64,000 nt of DNA from an uncultured delta proteobacterium. Lineage in GTDB: Bacteria; Desulfobacterota; Desulfobacteria; Desulfobacterales; Desulfatirhabdiaceae. The notes beneath the pieces were generated by a model, which did no database searches, was not told the origin of the DNA, and saw only the letters and a program-made list of their open reading frames with translations. The stretch covers positions 74,503-138,502 of the forward strand of contig CAWBKP010000004.1 of assembly GCA_963789395.1 (NCBI GenBank), in the 5' to 3' direction. Every line of letters starts with the position of its first letter. Within the stretch, counting starts at the first letter, position 1. Made by a program: the position numbers and the translations under genes. Shown piece after piece: positions 12,886-24,579 of the stretch.

Positions 12886-12930
12886 GGGCGTGGGGGTGCC
12901 GGGTGCGGCGTGCGATGGCGGCCGGCCGGC

Positions 12931-14604
12931 TCATGTTTCATGGTGAAAAACCAGCTCACAGAGTCTGTCCATGTCCCGAAACGTGTTGGCGCAGGCAAAG
13001 GGAAGCTGCTGGCAGGAGATGGAATTGAGAAAAGCGGAAAAGGTTTCCGCATTATACAGCCCGTCTCCCATCAGGATTTTCAGCATGTTCTGGTAAACCA
13101 GCTGCGCGACCTCCGCGGCAAAAATACGGGAGGCCGCCTGAATTTTTTGAACCTGGGGGGCGGCATCGTGGCCTTGAGCCGCCGCCTTTCGGGCAAGGCT
13201 TGCACCGATCTCGACATGGGTCATCATATCCGCCAGGCAGAACATGACATGCTGGCTTCGGGTCAGGCGTTTTTCATGGGCAATCAGAATCGTGTGGTTC
13301 AGCGCTTCTGCGGCCAGACCGTAATACAGGCAGCCGGCCTGGTCGAATTGCTGATGCAGCGCGCCCATTTCTTCTGCGATGGACCGGTAAAACGCGCCTT
13401 TGGTTTTCCAGGTTTTTTTCCAGCGGAACATGCCGATGATATTCTGCAGGATTTCGCTGGTGCCTTCATAAATACAGGTGATTCTGACATCCCGTTTGAT
13501 TTTTTCAACCCCGAACTCCGTGATGTATCCATAGCCGCCAAGGGCCTGCATGGCGTCATCGGCGGCACGGTTTGCGGTTTCCGAGGCAAAGAGCTTGGCA
13601 ATGGCGCCTTCGACCTGAAGATCCAAGTCTCCGGAGTCGATTCTCAGGGCCACTTCGTCCAGGTAACTGGCGGCCGCTGTAAAGCGGACAATGTGGGGAA
13701 CGATGAGCTTGTGGGTATACCCCTGTTTTTCCGACAGGGGGGAGCCGAACTGGATCCGGTCCTTGGCATAGGGAATGGCGATGGAAAGGGCTGCCTCGCC
13801 TGCGCCGAGCGCCATGGCCGCCACCATCAGCCGGGTATATCCGAAAACCGAATTGGCCTGCTTCAATCCCTGGCCCGGCACCCCGCCGATAAGGTTTTCA
13901 ACCGGCACAAAAACGTCTGTAAAGGTGAGCGGCGAGGTGTTGGATGCCCGGATGCCGTGTTTTTCTTCTCCTTTGCCCTGAACAAAGCCGGGCGTTCCTT
14001 TTTCGACCACAAAAAAAGAAGGCCCTTCGGGGGTTACGGCCAGAAGCGTGATAAAATCCGCAAATCCGCCGGTGGAGATGAACTGCTTGGTGCCGTTGAT
14101 CCGGTATCCGGTCACGGCTCCGGACGCGTCGCAAACCGGGTCGGCCTTGGTTTTCAAGGCCGCCAGATTGCTGCCTGCACCGGGCTCTGTTACGGCATAG
14201 GCCACCAGAGAACGGCCTTCGGCGATGGCGCCCAGCCATTTTTCTTTCTGCGCGTCGGTGCCGCCGACGATCAGCGGGTCCGCGCCCAGTTGAATGGCAA
14301 AAAAAGCGGTTGCCACGCCCAGGCAGACACCGGCCATTTCGCGGGTCAGGGCGCAGCAGTCTCTGGCGCCCCCGCTCATCCCGCCGTATTCTTCGGGAAT
14401 AAACAGCAGTTGAAGGCCGATGTCCGAACCCAGCATGGTTCGGATGATTTCTTCCGGGAAGATCTCTTTGCGGTCAAACTCGAGAACATTCTCCCGGGTC
14501 AACAGCCGCGCTTTTATCTTGGTGACGACGTCAAGAACCATCTGTCTGGATTCGTCATCCAGACCATGGAGCGGTGCGCCGGTTTCATGTACTGAAGCAG
14601 ACAT
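12931..14604 (-). CDS. Acyl-CoA dehydrogenase family protein (long form)
   Basis: YAVTEPGAGS, GTKQFIS, RIQFG, QALGGYGY and IYEGTSEI. Confidence 0.9.
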   Translation of the reverse strand: MSASVHETGAPLHGLDDESRQMVLDVVTKIKARLLTRENVLEFDRKEIFPEEIIRTMLGSDIGLQLLFIPEEYGGMSGGARDCCALTREMAGVCLGVATAFFAIQLGADPLIVGGTDAQKEKWLGAIAEGRSLVAYAVTEPGAGSNLAALKTKADPVCDASGAVTGYRINGTKQFISTGGFADFITLLAVTPEGPSFFVVEKGTPGFVQGKGEEKHGIRASNTSPLTFTDVFVPVENLIGGVPGQGLKQANSVFGYTRLMVAAMALGAGEAALSIAIPYAKDRIQFGSPLSEKQGYTHKLIVPHIVRFTAAASYLDEVALRIDSGDLDLQVEGAIAKLFASETANRAADDAMQALGGYGYITEFGVEKIKRDVRITCIYEGTSEILQNIIGMFRWKKTWKTKGAFYRSIAEEMGALHQQFDQAGCLYYGLAAEALNHTILIAHEKRLTRSQHVMFCLADMMTHVEIGASLARKAAAQGHDAAPQVQKIQAASRIFAAEVAQLVYQNMLKILMGDGLYNAETFSAFLNSISCQQLPFACANTFRDMDRLCELVFHHET

Positions 14605-14610
14605 CCGGTA

Positions 14611-14793
14611 TTAATCCTCTTTGCCTTCGATAACCTGCTTACCTTTATATTGACCACAGGCCGGGCAGACATGATGGGGAAGTTTGGCTTCGCCGCATTC
14701 CGGGCAGGTGGACAGGCTGGGCGCCTCAAGATTCTGGTGGGAGCGCCGCATATCGCGTTTTGACTTGGATGTTTTATGTTTTGGAACAGCCAT
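14611..14793 (-). CDS. rpmF: 50S ribosomal protein L32
   Basis: [19 protein letters not shown] with CPECG and CPACG. Confidence 0.97.
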   Translation of the reverse strand: MAVPKHKTSKSKRDMRRSHQNLEAPSLSTCPECGEAKLPHHVCPACGQYKGKQVIEGKED

Positions 14794-15422
14794 GAGTAAT
14801 CTCCTAAATATCTGTTTATAATTAAAATAATTTTTACATCTCTATTTGTCAAAAATGTAGGCATTAGTAATTGAAAGACGCCGGTTTGTCAAGCTTTTTA
14901 TGTGAAATTGGTTTTTTTTGCTGATGACCACAGATCTTTCCACTGCAACGAAAAAAAAAAGGTAGTCTTTGTAAACTATCTGATATTAAACAATAAAAAT
15001 CCAGCACGGCGTATTCAACAAAATTTAAACCTTTCAGGAATCCGAGCGGTGCCGACATACGCACCTCAGACAACTGTTTGTCATCCGTATTTTGAGCCCC
15101 CGTGGCAGTTGTCTGCCGGCGGTTTTTGTGCTATGCTCGCCCACAACTGCGGTTCGGCCTTGCGGGGCGCTCAAATAAAATCTTTTTCAAGGGCGCAGCC
15201 CATCGGGAATAAAAAAATCATTATAGGAAAAGGCCGGCAAATAAAAAAATAGCTAGAAATAACAAAATTAATTGGTTATAAAAAAAAAATGAAGCCGATG
15301 AAGTTATCAGCCACCGGCTTAACGCCCATTGCGAAAATGACTGATTTATGATGATATGAGCAATATTATTTCAAATAACTATCTGTCAATACATACTAAA
15401 CAAAAGATTAACACTTTACTGA

Positions 15423-16849
<1,427 letters not shown>

Positions 16850-16974
16850 AACAGGCGCAATGTTTCCAGAACGTCATGAACAAATGTTCCCAACCCCCAA
16901 GGTTCATGATGAAGGCCTTGTTCGTGCCTTGCAAGAAATAGTTATAACCCTTAGCCCCCACATAAAGAGGAACC

Positions 16975-17427
16975 ATGTACAGAGTCAAAGACATCATGAC
17001 AACGGACGTCATCTCGGTATCTCCTGAGACGGAGATCGTGCAGGCAGCGCGCATCATGATTGAAAAACGGATTAACGGCCTTCCGGTTCTGGATGGTGAC
17101 GGAAGGGTTGTCGGCATTCTCTGCCAGAGCGATCTGGTGGCGCAGCAGAAAAGCGTCCCCATCCCCTCGCTCTTTTCTCTGATGGACGGGTTCATGCCCC
17201 TGACGTCTTTAAAAAAGATTGAAAAAGAAGTTGAAAAAATAGCCGCCTTGACGGTTGCCCAGGCCATGACAGCCAAACCGATCACCGTAACGCCGGAAAC
17301 CGGCATCGAAGAGGTGGCCGGACTCATGGTGGACAAAGGGTTTCACACCCTTCCGGTGGTGCAGGACGGAAAGCTGGTGGGGGTTGTGGGCAAAGAAGAC
17401 GTCTTAAAGACACTGCTGCCGTCCTGA
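16975..17427 (+). CDS. CBS-pair domain protein
   Basis: Two CBS repeats (VKDIMT..LPVLD; AMT..LPVVQDGKLVG). Confidence 0.9.
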   Translation: MYRVKDIMTTDVISVSPETEIVQAARIMIEKRINGLPVLDGDGRVVGILCQSDLVAQQKSVPIPSLFSLMDGFMPLTSLKKIEKEVEKIAALTVAQAMTAKPITVTPETGIEEVAGLMVDKGFHTLPVVQDGKLVGVVGKEDVLKTLLPS

Positions 17428-17572
17428 AAAAACCGCACGCCCAGGTATTCAGGAGCCGGAATTCAGAAGCCGGAATGCGGGGTTCAGAAAAAAAGGTTGG
17501 AAATTACGACCTGTCTTCCGGGCCTTTCTGAATACGGACGCCTGAATGCTGGATACCGGGCCGTACTGTCGG

Positions 17573-18874
17573 TCAGCACCTGCTGATGGCATCAACGGCC
17601 AGGTCCAGCTCGGACTCCGAAATGACAAATGGCGGCCCCAGCATGACGGCATCGCCGTCGCCGTTTGCAAAGCCCGCGCATTTGTAAAGGATGATTCCCA
17701 TATCCATCAGGCGGTCGGCCATTTTTTCGGTGACCTTCTCCTTGCGGGGAAACGGCGCAAGGGTTTTTTTGTCTCGCACGACTTCAATGGCCCACATCAG
17801 GCCGATGCCCCGAACCTGGCCGACATGGGGATGATCGGCCAGCGGCGCCAGGCGCTTTTCCAGATACTCCCCCAAAGACGCGGCCCGTTCAACCAGGTTT
17901 TCCCTTTCCAGAATTTCAACAACCGAAAGGGCTGCGGCCGCTGCCACGGCATGATGGGAAAACGTGTGGCCATGAATGAAATCGCCTGCTTTTTCCCGCA
18001 GAACATCCAGATGCGCTTGCTGGCACCCCACGGCCGAAAGGGCCGCATACCCGCCGTTCAGACCTTTTCCCAGGGTGATCATATCCGGCACAACGCCGTA
18101 ATGATCCAGACCGAACCATTTGCCGGTCCGGCCCATGCCGCACATGACTTCATCCAGAATCAGCAGGATGCCGTGATGATCACAGATGTCCCGAATGACG
18201 GCATAGTATTCCGGCGGCGGAACCACCGCGCCGATGGTCGAGCCCAGAATGGTCTCCGCCAGAAAGGCGGAAATGGTATGACGCCCTTCATGTCGAATGG
18301 CCTCATCCAGTGCGTGGGCGCATCGCAAGCCGCAGTCCGGATAGGTCAGTCCGAAGTGACAGCGTAGGCAGTATGGCGGAGGGATGTGAATGGAAGGGCC
18401 TAATAGCGGCTGAAACGGCTCCCGCATGGATGTTTTCCCGGTTGCCGACAATGCGCCAAGGGTCGCCCCGTGGTAAGCGTTCCAGCGGGAAATGATCCGG
18501 TACCGCTCGGCGTCTCCCCTGGCAAGATGAATCTGCCTGGCCAGCTTGATGGCGGTTTCGATGGCCTCACAGCCGCTGGAACAGAAATAAAACCGGTTGA
18601 GGCCTTCCGGTGCGTGGGCGGCCAGCCGCTGCGCCAGCGCTTCCATGGGGTCCGAAGTGAACATGGGGCCGTGAACATAGGCCAGCTGTCTTGCCTGGCC
18701 GGCCATGGCGTCCGCGATCTCGGTCCTGCCATGTCCCACATTGACGCAGATGGGCCCGCCGCTGGCATCCAGGTATTTTTTCCCGGTTTCATCATAAATC
18801 CAGACCCCTTCGGCCTTTACGGCCTTTGGCAGGGGGCGGTCGAGCCTGCGGTGAAACACACAGCTTTCTTTCAC
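17573..18874 (-). CDS. Class III PLP-dependent aminotransferase
   Basis: SSGCEA, YHGAT, ILDEVMCGMGRTG and LGKGL. Confidence 0.9.
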   Translation of the reverse strand: MKESCVFHRRLDRPLPKAVKAEGVWIYDETGKKYLDASGGPICVNVGHGRTEIADAMAGQARQLAYVHGPMFTSDPMEALAQRLAAHAPEGLNRFYFCSSGCEAIETAIKLARQIHLARGDAERYRIISRWNAYHGATLGALSATGKTSMREPFQPLLGPSIHIPPPYCLRCHFGLTYPDCGLRCAHALDEAIRHEGRHTISAFLAETILGSTIGAVVPPPEYYAVIRDICDHHGILLILDEVMCGMGRTGKWFGLDHYGVVPDMITLGKGLNGGYAALSAVGCQQAHLDVLREKAGDFIHGHTFSHHAVAAAAALSVVEILERENLVERAASLGEYLEKRLAPLADHPHVGQVRGIGLMWAIEVVRDKKTLAPFPRKEKVTEKMADRLMDMGIILYKCAGFANGDGDAVMLGPPFVISESELDLAVDAISRC

Positions 18875-18962
18875 GAAAAACTTCTATGATGATAATAACA
18901 AGAAATGAACATCTGATTGCGTCATCGCAGTGTTTGATAACGTACGGTTCTTTCGTCGGTTC

Positions 18963-18990
18963 CGTCATTCCGGCGAAAGCCGGAATCCAG
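18963..18990. repeat. REP-like palindrome
   Basis: CGTCATTCCGGCGAAAGCCGGAATCCAG intergenic hairpin. Confidence 0.6.
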
Positions 18991-19191
18991 CAAGGTCTCA
19001 GCGCGATTAGAGAGCTTCAGCCTGTCCGGCAATAACGAAAGCACCCGAATTCATAAAATCGTAACAACAATATATGCCAGTCGTCAACATTTCCTTCCCA
19101 TTGACTTTTCCCGTCGGATTCGCCTATAGGTGGTTGACAATAATCCTTAACCGAAGCAGCGTTGACTCGGAGCACGACCGGCGGAGTTCAG

Positions 19192-20171
19192 ATGAAAGCC
19201 GAAGAAGAAAGACAATCATGTTATTTAACAGTCAGTTGACCAGGACATTCGGCTGCGCCTGGTGAAAACGGGACATGATGCAAGCCGGAACCTCGCGGAA
19301 TTCTGCACGGCCCTGCAGCAGGCAGCGCCAAAAATCCGGATTGCCCATGAAAAAGAAGATTCCAGCCGCCCCTTCCGAGCTGCGGATTCATTCCCGGGTC
19401 CGCTACCGGTCGGTTCCGCTCGGCCATGAACTTGGCCCGTTTCTGAACGCGCTGTCCTGGATTTTTTGCGATCAGACGCCGCCCCCGCCGCCCCCCGCGC
19501 TTCTGGACGATCTGAGCCTGCCGGCGGAACTGAAACTCTATATTTCCGAACACTGCCCGTTCTGTCCCCGCATTGTGGAAAGCCTGGTTCCCCTTGCCCT
19601 TGCCAGCGCCTTTGTTCGACTGACGGTCATCGATGCCGGGCTGTTCACGGAAGACGCCCGAAACGACCGGGTTCAGTCGGTGCCCACGCTGATTCTGGAT
19701 TCGCAGTTCCGCTGGACCGGCACCGTCAATATCCGGGAAGTCGTGGAAGCAATGATTCACCGGGACCCTTCCCGGCTGGAAGCCGACACCCTCATGAACC
19801 TGATCGCGGACGGCAATGCCGGGCTGCTGTCATCCATGATGCTGGAGAAAGACATGATATTTCCGGCCCTGGTGGCGCTTCTGGTTCATCCCAAATGGCC
19901 TGTCCGGCTCGGGGCCATGGTGGCCATGGAAAACGTCGCCGCGGAAAAACCGGCCCTTGCCCAAACCATCGTGTCCCCGCTGTGGGACCGCTTTGATGCG
20001 GCGGATGAAAAGGTGAAAGGGGATATTCTTTACCTGATCGGAGAAATTGATACCGGCGGGTCACTCCATCGCATACAGGACATCCTGAACACACCGGCGG
20101 ATTATGACGAAGAAATCATCGAAGCCGCCGAAGAAGCCCTCGAAAAACAAAAGGCTTTTCTAAAAACATAA
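19192..20171 (+). CDS. Thioredoxin/AhpF-NTD-like protein with HEAT-repeat C-terminus (5' end frameshifted)
   Basis: HCPFCP and VQSVPTL; HPKWPVRLGA HEAT-like segment. Confidence 0.7.
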
Positions 20172-20261
20172 CAGCTCCCCGCGCCTGAAACGCTTTTCTC
20201 CCGGCCCTGCATTTTTGTTATTGACGGCACCCTTACTTTTATGTAAATATAACAAGATAAT

Positions 20262-20335
20262 TGAGGGATCGTCTAGCGGCAGGACGACGGGTTCTGGCCC
20301 CGTTAACCAAGGTTCGAATCCTTGTCCCTCAGCCA
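20262..20335 (+). tRNA. tRNA-Gln (anticodon CTG)
   Basis: Acceptor stem TGAGGGA/TCCCTCA, anticodon arm ACGGG-TTCTGGC-CCCGT, GGTTCGAATCC and 3' CCA. Confidence 0.96.
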
Positions 20336-20344
20336 AATAAAATC

Positions 20345-20375
20345 AAAGGGTTACGAAAATCACTCGTAACCCTTT
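20345..20375 (+). terminator. Inverted repeat/terminator after the tRNA (att-adjacent)
   Basis: AAAGGGTTACGA...TCGTAACCCTTT; direct repeats TCGTTACCT at ~20397-20416. Confidence 0.65.
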
Positions 20376-20747
20376 TGTGCTTTTTAAGTCGAATCCTCGT
20401 TACCTTTTCGTTACCTTTGTAGAAATTGCCCTCCTGGATCAATCACGACCCATATAGATTGCCTCGTAAAATCTGACTGAAATTTTTCATTTGACCTGAA
20501 TATCCATAAATGCTTTCATCACTGCCCGTCATAGCTCCGGGAAATGCCTTGCCCAAACAGAATATCCCTATGCGAAATATACGAAATGATGGGTCATCAG
20601 GATGTTTCTCAAACGAAACGAAGCTTGTTGACCTGCCAGATGGAAAGACAGGATGAAATTTCGTTCGAGACTATCTACCCAGAGCGAAAAAATGAACCCC
20701 CTTTATAGGCTTCACCAATTTATTTTCAGAAGAATTCGAAAAAGGAT

Positions 20748-21614
20748 TTGAAGATGTATAAATACAGCAAAATTGTTAGGGGCGACGCATATTATTTTTG
20801 GAGGTTGGAGGCTGAATTAGCTGAGCCTGGTTTGAATGACGCTGGTAGAAAAATTATTTTCGATGGGCTTGCCCGTTATCCATCACATCTTTTGGCGCTG
20901 GAAGCAGCGATGGCCGCTCATCGAGATATGCCTTGGCCAGAGGCTGAGGACAAAGAATATGTTTTGTTGATGGAATTAATGCATAAGCATTCTCAGATCA
21001 CCATATCTGATGTTAGGTTTAAACAAGTTTCGCAGGAAATAAAACTATACCGCGTGGAACAATCGTATTCCACACCGACTATACATGAATCCGAGAGCAT
21101 GTTTTCTGTCCCCAGATACGACCGATACGGAGATGCTGTGCTTAGAGAAATTCCCGTTGATAGGCTGGAACCAATAAATCCAGAAATTCACTATGTCTAT
21201 GTGGATGATATTGCAGCTCTTTTGCCGGAACCTGAACAACCCGAAGCTTCTCTATCTGAATGGCTTAACCCTGAAACATTGAACGAGATTGAAGAACTTT
21301 GGGAAGCACTATCTGAAAAACAGCGCAATCATATTCATAAGGAAAAAAATAAGGCGAAACAGATCACAAAATGGCAAATTGATAGGGCAACGTTGAAAGC
21401 TTTTCTCTTATCAGCAAATGCTGAACGGAAAAGCACTATTCCGGAAACCGTAATTAAATCACTATCGTTGAAATACAATGTCTCTCGTGAGAAAGAAGGC
21501 TTTTTTTGTGGCATCGTGCGGAAACTGGCGAAAAACAGGTCTGATCAAGAAAATGCGAAGCTGAGTAATAAAAATTTATATGAGAAGATTCGGAAAATCA
21601 TGGGTGCAAAGTGA
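20748..21614 (+). CDS. Hypothetical protein
   Basis: 288-aa ORF with no recognised motif. Confidence 0.6.
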   Translation: MKMYKYSKIVRGDAYYFWRLEAELAEPGLNDAGRKIIFDGLARYPSHLLALEAAMAAHRDMPWPEAEDKEYVLLMELMHKHSQITISDVRFKQVSQEIKLYRVEQSYSTPTIHESESMFSVPRYDRYGDAVLREIPVDRLEPINPEIHYVYVDDIAALLPEPEQPEASLSEWLNPETLNEIEELWEALSEKQRNHIHKEKNKAKQITKWQIDRATLKAFLLSANAERKSTIPETVIKSLSLKYNVSREKEGFFCGIVRKLAKNRSDQENAKLSNKNLYEKIRKIMGAK

Positions 21615-21785
21615 TATTCGCGAATATTCGCGAATATTCGAAAGGAATTCTCATATTATATAGTAAAATCAGACATCTAAAATTATTTTAATACATTTTT
21701 AATTCCTGACTTTTCACGGAGAATAAAGCCTATCAACTAAGCATTGTTGATGGGCTTTTTTATTTTTCAGAAAAGGGGATATCAG

Positions 21786-22031
21786 ATGAATGCTGATGCA
21801 CGAAAAAAGGTTTTAGACGCAATTGGCGAATCACTACCGAAGCATTTCAAAATTAATGAGCAGAAGGTTTATAGCCCCAAAACAATTTACAATCTGCTTT
21901 CTCAAGGGAAGGGGCCGGTAGTCGTTGACATCCGGGGGCAAAAATTTCTTGAACGGGATTCCTTTATCGAGTGGCTTGATGACGGGTCACGGACCATGCG
22001 CAAGCGAGGTCGGAAGCGAGCGGCGGCATGA
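21786..22031 (+). CDS. AlpA/excisionase-like DNA-binding protein
   Basis: SPKTIYNLLSQGKGP..FIEWL pattern; RBS AGGGG; overlaps the primase start. Confidence 0.6.
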   Translation: MNADARKKVLDAIGESLPKHFKINEQKVYSPKTIYNLLSQGKGPVVVDIRGQKFLERDSFIEWLDDGSRTMRKRGRKRAAA

Positions 22032-24283
22032 AAGACACCCAAGTACAAAATCCGCTGCTGTGCGATGCCAGAAATGAACGATTCGTCAGACAACAGAAGA
22101 TGACCCACGATGTCGTGGAAACACACCAGACGTCGAACGAATCCCCGTGTGACTCGACAGAATTCATACAGTCCGTCGGAAATATGAACGATATCATATC
22201 AGTATTCTCCGGTATAAAGCCAAAGCCAGTTGCCGAGACAGAATGGCGGACGGTCATTGAAAACATTCGTACTGGAAAATATCGTCAAGCAATCGAAACT
22301 GGTCGCTCGATCAAGGATCCAGTCGCATACCGAGAATTCAAAAAAAGACTTCCATCTGTTACGTTCTGTGCGAAGTTCAAAGACAATCGGGATATGCAGC
22401 ATGTAGTATCAGCGACTGGACTTATACTCGCGGATCTGGACCACCTACCGGATGTTGAAAATATATTCAACCTTTTAAAGCAAGATCCCCATGTAGTTTT
22501 TATCTTTCGGTCTCCGTCAGGAGTTGGCCTGAAAGTCGCAGTACGCAGCGAGGGAATTACGGAGGATCAAGACATCAAGCGATTATTCGCAGCCTTCGAA
22601 CACTATTTATGGGAGAATTACCAGTTAAAAATTGACCCGGCCTGCAAGGATATCTCTCGCCTGACTTTTGTGTCGTATGATCCCGATTTGTATTTAAACG
22701 AAAACCCTGCTCTTTTCGATATCGAGAAATGGGAGGAACAGAAACCGGAGCCAGTGTTTTATATTCCTTCCGACACAGGGGATAAAGGATGGCAGGCAAA
22801 ATATGGCCAAAAAGTATTGGAATTTTGCTGTCAGCAGATCACAACATCGATGGCGGGATTTCAGCATGGTGTAAGGCTGAAGATGGCACGGCTTGTCGGG
22901 GGATACATTGCATCAGGATATATCGAAGAATCGCAGGCGATCTCAGCTCTCGAACAGGCAGTTATCAGCAGTGGGGCAAATCGGGTACAGGACTCAATGA
23001 AAACGGTGCGGGATGGCATTGAGGACGGGAAAAAACATCCGCTTCAACCGGAGCCCCGACCGGAATCGATGAAAAAGGATGACATCCAATATAAACATGA
23101 TGAAATAGACGGTTTTTGTCCACATTGTCCACCCTTGTCCACAAATGAGAAATCATGTCCTCATTTGTCCACAAAAAACGGTTTTTGTCCACACTTGTCC
23201 ACCACTTGTCCACATTTTGAAAAAGTGGACAACTCGAAAAAAGACAATACAGGCCCAAATACAGACGAAAAAGCACCTCAAAATCTATCTTCTGTGATAA
23301 GAGATTGGATAATGAATTCAAGTGGTTCATTCACTGTTGACCAGCTCGACAGAGATCTCGTTTTGACCACCCGAAAAGAAAAGCAATATCGGGCGAAATG
23401 CCTCACCAGGTGCACAGAAAAAAAACTAATTAAAAAAGATAAGAGGGGGGCAGGAAAATTCCATATTATTAACAGCAAGTTAGATGTGATAAATCTTGAT
23501 AATATAGACGAAAAACCGTTCGATTTAAAACTTCCTTTCGAACTTCATCGTTTCACATCCATTCCCCAAAAAGCCGTTATTGTCATCACCGGATCAACAA
23601 ATGCCGGGAAAACGGTTTTAATCCTGAACATCTTAAAATTGAACCTTTTACAGGCATATAAAAAAATGTACCTGATGAGCGAGATGGGACGGGGCGAATA
23701 CGCTGAACGGCTCAGAAAGTTTGACGATATACAGTTTTCAAATTGGAAAAACGTTTGCGCTGCTGAGCGGACTTGTGACTTCGATGGTGCAATAGAAAAC
23801 CACAACAAAGACGGGCTCACCTGTGTTGATTTTCTGGAAGAAATAGAAGGCGAATACTTCAAAATCGCAACGGATATCCGCAGTATTTATGACGCATTGG
23901 GCGATGGAGTTGCGATTGTGGCAATTCAGAAAAAAACAGATACCGATTATGCCCGGGGTGGTCAAGCAACGGCAGAGAAGGCTCGGCTGTATCTATCGGT
24001 TGATCTGGTTACAGTTCTGGATCACTGCATCATTTGTGCGTTGAAGATCGTTAAGAATAAGCGTTATGTCAATCGGAATTTACAAGGACATGAAATCCAT
24101 TTCAAAATCCATCGCGGTTCAAAGATAGAACCTATATCTGACTGGATGAGATCGAGCGATGTTGACCGGAACAAATTCAGAGTGAAGTATGAAAAGGAAA
24201 ACAGATCTGCCGACACTCATAGTAACAAGGGCAAACCCATAAAAATGAAGTCAACCGGCGGCGTTTATGAGGTGGTTTTATAA
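22028..24283 (+). CDS. Primase-helicase (BT4734/VirE-N-like AEP domain + P-loop ATPase)
   Basis: KKRLPSVTF, LADLDH, FRSPSGVGLK and DPACKDISRLTFVSYDP; Walker A GSTNAGKT. Confidence 0.75.
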   Translation: MKDTQVQNPLLCDARNERFVRQQKMTHDVVETHQTSNESPCDSTEFIQSVGNMNDIISVFSGIKPKPVAETEWRTVIENIRTGKYRQAIETGRSIKDPVAYREFKKRLPSVTFCAKFKDNRDMQHVVSATGLILADLDHLPDVENIFNLLKQDPHVVFIFRSPSGVGLKVAVRSEGITEDQDIKRLFAAFEHYLWENYQLKIDPACKDISRLTFVSYDPDLYLNENPALFDIEKWEEQKPEPVFYIPSDTGDKGWQAKYGQKVLEFCCQQITTSMAGFQHGVRLKMARLVGGYIASGYIEESQAISALEQAVISSGANRVQDSMKTVRDGIEDGKKHPLQPEPRPESMKKDDIQYKHDEIDGFCPHCPPLSTNEKSCPHLSTKNGFCPHLSTTCPHFEKVDNSKKDNTGPNTDEKAPQNLSSVIRDWIMNSSGSFTVDQLDRDLVLTTRKEKQYRAKCLTRCTEKKLIKKDKRGAGKFHIINSKLDVINLDNIDEKPFDLKLPFELHRFTSIPQKAVIVITGSTNAGKTVLILNILKLNLLQAYKKMYLMSEMGRGEYAERLRKFDDIQFSNWKNVCAAERTCDFDGAIENHNKDGLTCVDFLEEIEGEYFKIATDIRSIYDALGDGVAIVAIQKKTDTDYARGGQATAEKARLYLSVDLVTVLDHCIICALKIVKNKRYVNRNLQGHEIHFKIHRGSKIEPISDWMRSSDVDRNKFRVKYEKENRSADTHSNKGKPIKMKSTGGVYEVVL
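23116..23232. repeat. Iteron-like TTGTCCAC array inside the primase gene (putative ori)
   Basis: Seven direct copies at 23116, 23125, 23135, 23165, 23185, 23195 and 23206, plus one inverted copy at 23225. Confidence 0.75.
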
Positions 24284-24579
24284 TGGAAATTTCAAAACTC
24301 ATATCAAGGTATCTGTCCATCGGAATATCTTTCCGGATATCTGGTTCTGATTTAAAACTGAAAATTCCGGAGGCCGTGAAGTTATCCGATGATGACTTGG
24401 GCGAGCTGAAGGCAAACAAGACTGAAATCATTCTGGAGCTGACTCCCTGTCCGGCGCGGGATCAAAGCACGTGCATCTGTTACGGGATCCCGTGGTTTGA
24501 TGCAAAGCCAACATCAGAAAGGCTTCAATGCGATCCAATTGCTTGTCGTTGGAAAGTGCAGCGGGAGAAACGATTATGA
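24283..24579 (+). CDS. Small protein with TubC N-terminal docking-like domain
   Basis: GISFRISGSDLKLK..LGELKANKTEII pattern. Confidence 0.5.
   Translation: MEISKLISRYLSIGISFRISGSDLKLKIPEAVKLSDDDLGELKANKTEIILELTPCPARDQSTCICYGIPWFDAKPTSERLQCDPIACRWKVQREKRL

Noticed and set aside
6492..14595. Long + strand ORFs 6492..7961 and 12910..14595 and similar shadow ORFs
   Set aside because: They are antisense shadows of well-supported GC-rich genes.
20315..20340. attR duplicate of the tRNA 3' end
   Set aside because: No second copy was found by eye in this window.
23116..23232. Chromosomal oriC
   Set aside because: The repeats lie within a mobile-element gene, deviate from the DnaA box consensus, and have no dnaA context.
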